IMG/VR virus record: IMGVR_UViG_3300042440_000042
Coordinates: 1 to 28,982 of that record
DNA length: 28,982 nucleotides
Direction: 5' to 3' (one strand)
DNA from: a virus
Taxonomy: Duplodnaviria > Caudoviricetes
Shown here: positions 15,471 through 22,983 of the stretch, piece by piece
Numbering within the stretch: the stretch's first letter is position 1
Layout: each line of letters begins with the position of its first letter
Notes under the pieces: generated by a model
What the model saw: only the letters and a program-made list of their open reading frames with translations
Database searches by the model: none
What the model was told of the DNA's origin: nothing
Position numbers and translations under genes: made by a program

Positions 15471-17291
15471 TCAGGACCCTCCATCAAGCAGTTTGCGGAA
15501 GAACCCTAGCCCCGGTTTTTCGGGTGTGCCCACAAGCATGCCGCGATCGAGATGCCGGTTGAAATGCTCGCAAGAGGTTTCCGGAAGGAACGTGCAACTG
15601 TGACAGGCCGCCGATCCGGATCCCTCGGAGAGTGAGAGGATGCCACTGCTGCAAAGCGGATCGGAAGAGCACCACTCCAGATCCCGAAGTGCGGCGAGCA
15701 GGATCGGGCCAATCTCGTTTGTGCGTCCCTTTCGCGACAATCCGCCGAGAGTTCCATCAGAATCCGGCGCGGATGTGTAAAGGAGAAATCCGCACATGCC
15801 GCCCGTGCCAGGCGAAACGTAGAGCCTCTCACGGATGGAAGCGGTGGAATACCCGCTGTCGAGTGACAGCCGCTCCGAAAGAGCGTGGGCTGTTGTGTGA
15901 ACGAGTAGAAACCTCGCCGAAATCAGCATTGGGAACGGACGATCACTACCGTTATGGTCCTGCCACGCACGTTCGGCAGCCTGATGGGCCTTTGCTGCTC
16001 TGTCGGCGACGTCGGGCCCGTTCTCCCATGACGAGACGGCACTTTCATCGAAGTTGATGAAGATGCCTTCTCCCCGGACCTCGATTGCCGGGAGCCAGTT
16101 CAGCTTCCTCTCGGACAGCGGCGCCACGAAAGCGCTATTGTCGGCTACCTCAACCGGGCTGAGCCGAGTGAATGCCCTCAGAGCTCGGACTTCGCGCAGC
16201 CTCTCGACCGATACCACACGGTCCAGAACACCTTGCAGGTCACGGGGGATCTGCTGAGGCGAAATCTGGAACTCGGGGAACTCCTCCCCATCCGGACCGC
16301 CCGAGTACAGCATCAGGTGCTCGTTAGGACGCAAGTCGCCGGTTTTGTTGTCAAGAATCGTCAGGAGGGTCAGTATCCGAGCGGTCAGGTCTTCCGGCCT
16401 GGTGTCCGGTTCTGGCCACATGGGATGGATTTTCTTCCGCACGAAGGCAGGAAGCTGCGACCTGTCGTCGAGGGCAATGATGTCGGGCCAGAAATCCTCC
16501 AGCATGTCCCGGAAGGAACCACCAAACGGCGGCACGTCGAGCGCCGATTCCATGACAGGGAAATAGGCGTTCGATGCACCGCGCTGAATGGCAACAGGCT
16601 GATGGCTGCAGGTTTCTGGCGGCGTCTTCAGCCAAGGTGACCGTCCGTCGCAAGAAATCTTGCCCAGCGCACCAGGCGACAGGGCGCCGTCGAGGTCACG
16701 CTCCGTCTTGCATTCGGTACAGTGGACCTTGAGCCCCTTCAGTCCGGCTCCTTCCCCGATGAGCTTGAGCGGCTTCTTTCGGGAGCAGGACTCGGCGTGC
16801 TTCGGCCATGACATCCAGGGAAAGTCCTGAAGATGCCCCGCAGGGCATGTCACGATGAAGCGGACCGGTATCGCATGGACCTTCCTGACACGCTTGCCGC
16901 GCCCGGAACTGCAGGAGGGGCACCACAGCTCGGGTTTCCCGAGTTCGGAACTCCAGAACCGGCTTCGTTGCAGGAGGTTGCACTTCGGGCAGACATGCCA
17001 GTCTGGAAACCGATAGGCCGGCAAGAGGCGTGGTCGCTTCTCCCTGCCGACTTTCTCGTCTCCGATGGGCGGCAACCTGAACCCATTCACCTGCAGCCTG
17101 GCCTGAAGTGGCTCGTGATGAATGCGTTGATCGTTCAGAAGCCCCTTCTTGATGGCTAGTTGATCCCACGCCTCAAGGCCAGCCGCCACAACGGAGACAG
17201 GCGCGCCGTTCTCGCCTCTGAAGTCGATGATTGCGCCGGGGCCATTGCCTGTCAGAACCTGACTCCGCCGAATCTTGCCGATCGGTTTCAT
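15471..17291 (-). CDS. drmB: DUF1998 (MrfA-like Zn-binding) protein, DISARM DrmB-like (606 aa)
   Basis: IRRSQ..GPGAIID, RFPDWHVCPKC, RFIVTCPAGHLQDFPW, RGASNAYFP, RLREVRAL, WLPAIEVRGEGIF, GYSTASIRERLY, DSDGTLGGL, CSSDPLC, AACHSC and ETSCE. Start is ATG 17291 (ATGA overlap with the drmA stop). Confidence 0.92.
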   Translation of the reverse strand: MKPIGKIRRSQVLTGNGPGAIIDFRGENGAPVSVVAAGLEAWDQLAIKKGLLNDQRIHHEPLQARLQVNGFRLPPIGDEKVGREKRPRLLPAYRFPDWHVCPKCNLLQRSRFWSSELGKPELWCPSCSSGRGKRVRKVHAIPVRFIVTCPAGHLQDFPWMSWPKHAESCSRKKPLKLIGEGAGLKGLKVHCTECKTERDLDGALSPGALGKISCDGRSPWLKTPPETCSHQPVAIQRGASNAYFPVMESALDVPPFGGSFRDMLEDFWPDIIALDDRSQLPAFVRKKIHPMWPEPDTRPEDLTARILTLLTILDNKTGDLRPNEHLMLYSGGPDGEEFPEFQISPQQIPRDLQGVLDRVVSVERLREVRALRAFTRLSPVEVADNSAFVAPLSERKLNWLPAIEVRGEGIFINFDESAVSSWENGPDVADRAAKAHQAAERAWQDHNGSDRPFPMLISARFLLVHTTAHALSERLSLDSGYSTASIRERLYVSPGTGGMCGFLLYTSAPDSDGTLGGLSRKGRTNEIGPILLAALRDLEWCSSDPLCSSGILSLSEGSGSAACHSCTFLPETSCEHFNRHLDRGMLVGTPEKPGLGFFRKLLDGGS

Positions 17292-20200
17292 GGCCTCGTC
17301 CCCCTGTCCGATCCGCCTTCGAGCAGAACATATGATGCAGATGCCTCGACGGAGCGCAGCGAGTTCGGGGTCGGCCTCTGCCCGGCAAAGCGTGCCTTGT
17401 TCCCACGCTCGGCGGCAGCTTCCGCCGAAATCAGGAGAGCTTCGCTGTAGTTTTGCCAATAGTCAGTCAGGCCCTGTCGGTCGAACCAGTCGTCGAGGAA
17501 CGAGTTGAGTTGTGCTCGTGCCGCGCCTGACTCAACCGGATCAATCCGCTCGATCCGGGCAATCACCTTTTCGAGGAGTGCTTCAGCCTCCTCTTGATGC
17601 TGTTCGATTGCGCCCGGATTCCCCATGCCAGCCACCAGATGGCGCACCATTGCAACATACGGAGCATGAAGTGCACGGTCACGCGCGCGCGGAGCGAAGG
17701 GTGTCACGCTCGTGGCCTCCACATCCCGGTAAAGGCTGCGATGCCAACTGGCAAAGGTCTCGTACCTGCTGCGGTCACGGGACTTGGCCGCGTTGAACAA
17801 TGTGATCACAAGTCCCGGCGCCTTCTGGCTTCTCCCGACCCGGCTGGTCGCCTGAATGTACTCGGCAATCGTCTTCGGCTGCCCGTTGACCACCATCAGG
17901 CCCAACCGGGAAACATCCATACCGACCGAGATCATGTTGCTTGCCAGCACGATGTCGACGTGATCCGGATCGTTCCACGCTCGCTCAAGGTCCTTTAGGT
18001 ATCTCGGGATATCGCTGGAACGGACACGACTCGTGAGCTCGATCTGCGACCCGGCGTCCCGCTCGGTCTCCCCTGGTCTGCGCTCTGCGTAATCCCGGAT
18101 GCTGCGGGCGACGTCATCACGCATGAGAACAAGTGCCCCGCCCAGCTCCCTCAGCGAATTGAAATAGTTGACCAGGGTCCAGTATCCGTCGCGCTTGTCA
18201 GCCGCCAGCGACTGGTCGGTGGCGGCTTGAAGCAGGGAAGCCGCCACCGCCTGCTGTGTGAATTTGGCCGAGCGACCAACGGTTGAGATCCCCACATAGC
18301 GGCGCCCGGGTATGCCACGATCCTCGATCGCAAATCCAGAATTGGTGTGATCGCTTCCCGGCGGGGGGAACTGAAAGGAGCCGCGGTCAAACAGGGCCTT
18401 GATCTGTTCTTCGGCCCTGCGGATCGTTGCAGTCGATCCGATGACCTTCGCCCTGACTCCTGCTCCTGAGCGGCATAGCTCGTCGATTGCGGTCTCGTAG
18501 AGCCCCGCAAGGCTTCCCAGCGGGCCCGAGATCAGGTGGAGTTCGTCCTGGATCACCAGTTCAGGCGCATCTGCCGGCGTGCCGATGCCGAACAGGCAGC
18601 CGGTTTTCTGGTTCCGAGTGATCTGCGCGTATTTGTCGACCGTGGCGATCAACAACGTCGGGCGTTCTCGGTAGACATCCTCGTCGACCGTCCAGATCGG
18701 GAGCAATGCCAGTTCCTGCCCGACATCACATGTCTTCGTCAGGCAGCGCACCTCCACACGGCTCCTGTCCGCCGAAATTCTCCAGTCGAGGACTTCATGA
18801 CAGCACGGGCAGCTGCGCAACTGAGACGGAGAGCTTTCTGCATCGGTGCCCAGCACCTGCTCCGCCTGCGCGACAGTGTTCGGCGTGGCACCTTCTCCCA
18901 CCCAGAGACCGAGGGAAATCGGGATATCCGATGCGAAGTGTGCCGGCAGATTGACCCTTTGAAGCATGACCTTGCCGCGCCTGACCATCTCGCAGGCACA
19001 GATCAGGGCCGCTGCGCGCTCGAACTGCTGGATTGTCAGAAGTCGAAGCGTGTATCGCATGAACGTCGTCACGCCTGCGCCGCTCGGGTTTCCCTTGGCG
19101 CGGAGACGACGAAGGAAGATCGTGAAAGCCGTCAACAGAAGGTAGGCTTCGGTCTTTCCGCCGCCTGTCGGGAACCATAGCAGGTCCATCGTCTCGCGAT
19201 CGGAGGACTCGGGGTTCGAGACCGACTCAAGACACAGGAGCGCGAAACCGAGCTGAAACGGCCGCCAGACCAGTTCGGGCGGATGGGGGTTGATACGCCA
19301 CGAGTATTGCAGCGCGAGGGCAGCGTTCGCGAGCCGGAAGGCAGTCAGCACATCGCATGAAGTCTCGAGAAGAGCGATACCCGCCCGCATCCGCTGTTCA
19401 GCCTCTCGGCAGCGCTGCATGTGCCGTTTTGCCTGCCCGACGTGCGCCTCGGACATGGCGAGCGCGGCGACTTCCATCCTCGAAATCCATTGAGCGTAGG
19501 CATCAACGAACGACTTCAGTCCAGCGAAGAGACTGGCGTCGTCCTCGGATGCCAGCCAGGAAGCCCCCAGAGGCAACCTGGCATCCGCTTGCTTGAACTC
19601 TGTATCCCCTTCCGCGCTTACGACATGGACGGTGGATTCCGGAAACCAGCTTGTCCGGACCTGCTGCACGGTGCCTTCCACGGGCTCGTCCCACATCGCG
19701 GAGCAGGTGTGGCCCACTGCAAATTGCTGCACGTTGCGATACAGCAGGGCAGATGCGCGCGCATCGTCTTCATCACTTGCCGAACCAACCCTCTCCGGTT
19801 TGGGAACGAACCGGCATCCATCCTCGCACTCCACAACCAGCGAGAACTGGAAAAGCGCGGCTTCCTCATTCGCCGCGCGACTTCTCACCTCAGTTGGCTT
19901 TGCGTCGTTGGTTACCGCCAGCGTGACAAGCAGGATATCGCCCCAGGGAGCAATCCGGCAGTGCAGTGAGGCCCCCGCAAGCCCGCTGCTGGCAAGGCTG
20001 ATGATCGGGGCTGGCTCCTTGCGCAGTGCCACAAGATCAAGTGACACCTCGGCGAATTGAGGCGCTCGGCGCCAACTCTGTGCGCGCTTTCTCCCCGGAC
20101 CGCCACCTTCCTCCGCCGCACCTTCGGGCCTGTAACGGGCTCCGTCGACCCGAACCCGCAGCCTTGGAGCCGGGCCGATCGGCTCGACGGCGAAGGAAAG

Positions 20201-20446
20201 GCCGGCAGAACTCGGTCGAAAGGCCGAGGCTGCCTTCACCCCATCCAGCGCTGTGCCAACCGCATCCGCATCGTCAGCATCGCTCGCTTCGTCGTCATCT
20301 TCCGGCGCTATCGTCGTGCGAGGGGGGAAAAGGATCCCGGTGAGATATCGATCGGTGGGGCGATCCGAAATAAGCTCGTCCGTCGCCCCCGGTCCAATGA
20401 GATCGACCGTCATCCGTTCCAATATAGTGTCGCGAGCATCAATCAT
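17288..20446 (-). CDS. drmA: SF2 helicase, DISARM DrmA-like (1052 aa)
   Basis: WRPFQL, LLWFPTGGGKTEAY, RYTLRLLTIQQFERAA, ATVDK, QDELHLISGPLG, STAT, YFNSLRELGG, ELTSR, MISVGMDVSRLG, EYIQATSRVGR and SVTPF. Translationally coupled to the DUF1998 gene. Confidence 0.92.
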   Translation of the reverse strand: MIDARDTILERMTVDLIGPGATDELISDRPTDRYLTGILFPPRTTIAPEDDDEASDADDADAVGTALDGVKAASAFRPSSAGLSFAVEPIGPAPRLRVRVDGARYRPEGAAEEGGGPGRKRAQSWRRAPQFAEVSLDLVALRKEPAPIISLASSGLAGASLHCRIAPWGDILLVTLAVTNDAKPTEVRSRAANEEAALFQFSLVVECEDGCRFVPKPERVGSASDEDDARASALLYRNVQQFAVGHTCSAMWDEPVEGTVQQVRTSWFPESTVHVVSAEGDTEFKQADARLPLGASWLASEDDASLFAGLKSFVDAYAQWISRMEVAALAMSEAHVGQAKRHMQRCREAEQRMRAGIALLETSCDVLTAFRLANAALALQYSWRINPHPPELVWRPFQLGFALLCLESVSNPESSDRETMDLLWFPTGGGKTEAYLLLTAFTIFLRRLRAKGNPSGAGVTTFMRYTLRLLTIQQFERAAALICACEMVRRGKVMLQRVNLPAHFASDIPISLGLWVGEGATPNTVAQAEQVLGTDAESSPSQLRSCPCCHEVLDWRISADRSRVEVRCLTKTCDVGQELALLPIWTVDEDVYRERPTLLIATVDKYAQITRNQKTGCLFGIGTPADAPELVIQDELHLISGPLGSLAGLYETAIDELCRSGAGVRAKVIGSTATIRRAEEQIKALFDRGSFQFPPPGSDHTNSGFAIEDRGIPGRRYVGISTVGRSAKFTQQAVAASLLQAATDQSLAADKRDGYWTLVNYFNSLRELGGALVLMRDDVARSIRDYAERRPGETERDAGSQIELTSRVRSSDIPRYLKDLERAWNDPDHVDIVLASNMISVGMDVSRLGLMVVNGQPKTIAEYIQATSRVGRSQKAPGLVITLFNAAKSRDRSRYETFASWHRSLYRDVEATSVTPFAPRARDRALHAPYVAMVRHLVAGMGNPGAIEQHQEEAEALLEKVIARIERIDPVESGAARAQLNSFLDDWFDRQGLTDYWQNYSEALLISAEAAAERGNKARFAGQRPTPNSLRSVEASASYVLLEGGSDRGTRP

Positions 20447-20475
20447 TCACATTCTCCAGAAACCATGGTTCTCGC

Positions 20476-22851
20476 TCAGCGAGGAATGCTGGCAAAGCCG
20501 GCAAGCAGCGGCATGAGCGCAAGGCTCGGTGCATCTCCGGGCCGGCCTGGCACCGCTGTTGTAGTCGCGCCCACAACAGAAATCCCCGAAACGACTTCCG
20601 GAAGTGCCGAACCCGGCTCGACCTTGCGCAACGACTGCATCAACTCGACGAAACCATCCGATAGGCAGCCGATCGCTGGTCCGCCAGAGTCTCCGACTCT
20701 AAGGACAAGACGCCCATCGGAGGCAGGATAAGCTGTGGCTCTCGGCTCGTCGTTCGCGGCACGCCATATGTTCGCGATCGTGTCCGCCTCACTGGCAACA
20801 TGGCCCGAACGCACGAATTCGGCCCAGTCCACGAGATCCCCCTCGAGACCGATCTCGATCAGGCGATGCGCACGACGCGCGGCCCAGAACCGCTCCGGTT
20901 CTCCAGTCGAGTAGTATTTGTTCGGGCTGATCCATCCAGTGCGCAGTTCGGTGCTTGCGCGGGTTGCCCCGACGTACAGAGTTCGAGCTTCCTCGGCCCA
21001 GTCCACCCTGTCGCCGTAAGGCGCCCGCATCAGCAGCAGCATCACGCGTTCGGCCTCTCTCCCCTTGATCGCATGGATCGTCGAGAGCAACGGGCCCGAG
21101 CCACCCTCATGGTCACTGATCAGTTCGGGTGGCGGATCGGCGAGACCCTCGGCGATGTTGCCAACCGAGATGACATCCCGACCGGAGGCATCGAGATCGA
21201 GCAGGATTTCCCAGCATTCCTCGGAATTACGCCATGGCGCAGGTCTCAGTTGTTCATGGACGGACAAGAAGTCCGCGCGCGACATGCGGGTCGATGCGGG
21301 CAGACCACCAAGCAGCGCGCCGATCCAGGCTTCGATCCTAGGCGGTCGGTCGGGCAGTCGGAGCCTGAAACTTCGGCCAGCCGCGCGCATGTCTTCAGCT
21401 GCGGTGAATAGTCCTCGACGACTTCGGGTGACGATCAGCCCGGCTGTTGTCGACGGATGGATCGCGAAATCTGCAATGTCGTTCTCAACCGCGGCTGCCC
21501 TGATCTCCTCCCGAACACGAAAGTAGCTATCTCTTGAACCTGCCGGATCGCCTCTCAGTGTCTGGCGAGCCGTTCTGAACATTTCCTTCAGCTCTGCTGT
21601 CCGTGTGCGGTGGTCGCGCTCTAACTGATCGCAAGTGAAATCGGGACGCTTGGCGACTTCGGAAAGGAATGTGGATCCCGAATTGCCCTTGTTTTGATAG
21701 CCGTAGATCGCTTGCGCGAAATCTCCGAAAACCGTGACGCCGCAGGCAGGATTCAGCAAGGCAAGTAGGGCTTCGCACATCTCCTTGCGGTCACCGACAA
21801 GATCCTGCGCCTCATCAATGATCACATGTTCCAGCTGACCAATCGCATCTGCGACGAGTGGGTTATCCGAACGCAGCAGCCTTTTCGCAGCCCTAATTGA
21901 AGCGTCATGCCCGCCTGAGGAACCAACACCGGCACTCGAAAGCAGGCGCGCTGCGAACGAGTCAAACGTCCTGATCTGCAATGCCGCCACATTGGGAATT
22001 TCGTTCAAGCGCCGACCGATCCGATCCCGGAGCTCTGCAACTGCAATGCGTGTGAAGCTGAGCAGCAGGACACGCGAAGGGGCAATACCCTCGTCCTGCA
22101 CAAGGGATATGATACGTTCGCAAGCCACATGGGTCTTTCCGCTCCCGGGGCCAGCCTCGACTAGCATTCGTGTGTCAGCAGGAGTCTGCGCCACGCGCAG
22201 CTGACTTTCATCGGGCGACTCCATCTTCAACGATGAAGATTCAGGAGGCGTGAGGTTGAACCATTCGTTCAGGAACGAGGCGGTCTCCTCGCTGAGCGAC
22301 CATCTCCGCTCGAAGGGATCGAATGCCCCACTGAGCGTGAGAGCCTTGCGCAATGCCGCGGGCATCGGATCGTCAGAGACCCAGCGGCCATCGGCCGCAA
22401 GCGAACCATGACCACACAGCAAGACAGGCTCTTCAATCGTCCGCAGGATTTCGATCAGGCTTTCGTTCGCCTGTCCTGCAACGTCAGGGAACAGGAATCC
22501 GGAGTCGGCTGCGCCGTGGAGCCCATGATCCCCGAGCGCAATCACCTTCCCATCCGGCAGCGCTACACGACGCTCAGGCAGAGCCACCAGGACAGGTTCA
22601 CCGCGCATCGTGCCGTAGCCGATGTCCTTCATCTCGCAGAGCACATCGATGACGCCATCGATGCGAGCCTTTGCCTGCACGTGGTCTGTGTCATCCACGA
22701 ACTGCGACACCCAATCCACAACCGCGGCACGGCTTAGGCCACGACGTGCATGAACGATGCGTCGAACCAGGTCCGCGATAGCTCTTGCACTGCGAGTCCC
22801 CGGCGCATTCGGGACAAATGGACCACAGGAAAGCGCGGGTTCAGAACTCAC
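20476..22851 (-). CDS. UvrD/Rep-like SF1 helicase with ~200-aa N-terminal extension (791 aa)
   Basis: GTG start after GAGAGGTG RBS. AGPGSGKT, LSFTRIA, TFDSF, IIDEAQD, FGDFAQAIYG, STIHAIKGRE and EEARTLYVGATRA. Confidence 0.92.
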   Translation of the reverse strand: MSSEPALSCGPFVPNAPGTRSARAIADLVRRIVHARRGLSRAAVVDWVSQFVDDTDHVQAKARIDGVIDVLCEMKDIGYGTMRGEPVLVALPERRVALPDGKVIALGDHGLHGAADSGFLFPDVAGQANESLIEILRTIEEPVLLCGHGSLAADGRWVSDDPMPAALRKALTLSGAFDPFERRWSLSEETASFLNEWFNLTPPESSSLKMESPDESQLRVAQTPADTRMLVEAGPGSGKTHVACERIISLVQDEGIAPSRVLLLSFTRIAVAELRDRIGRRLNEIPNVAALQIRTFDSFAARLLSSAGVGSSGGHDASIRAAKRLLRSDNPLVADAIGQLEHVIIDEAQDLVGDRKEMCEALLALLNPACGVTVFGDFAQAIYGYQNKGNSGSTFLSEVAKRPDFTCDQLERDHRTRTAELKEMFRTARQTLRGDPAGSRDSYFRVREEIRAAAVENDIADFAIHPSTTAGLIVTRSRRGLFTAAEDMRAAGRSFRLRLPDRPPRIEAWIGALLGGLPASTRMSRADFLSVHEQLRPAPWRNSEECWEILLDLDASGRDVISVGNIAEGLADPPPELISDHEGGSGPLLSTIHAIKGREAERVMLLLMRAPYGDRVDWAEEARTLYVGATRASTELRTGWISPNKYYSTGEPERFWAARRAHRLIEIGLEGDLVDWAEFVRSGHVASEADTIANIWRAANDEPRATAYPASDGRLVLRVGDSGGPAIGCLSDGFVELMQSLRKVEPGSALPEVVSGISVVGATTTAVPGRPGDAPSLALMPLLAGFASIPR

Positions 22852-22983
22852 GTATCACCTCTCGACAGACATACCAAAGATGATTGACGTTCATATAGTT
22901 AGTAGTCAACCTTGCGATGATCACGCCGGACTGGCTTTGTAGTGGTCTTGTTGGGCGACAGTGTGGCGGGTTCGGAAAGAAAG
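22852..22983. promoter_or_regulatory. Divergent promoter region between the two arms of the island
   Basis: 132-bp intergenic gap between head-to-head operons, with an AT-rich core TTGAC-N16-GTCAA (22884-22909). Confidence 0.55.

Noticed and set aside
13792-20446. Canonical DISARM class I/II or Druantia call
   Set aside because: No PLD DrmC, adenine MTase or recognisable DrmE in the window. Helicase and DUF1998 are separate genes with DrmA/DrmB motifs, unlike the fused DruE.
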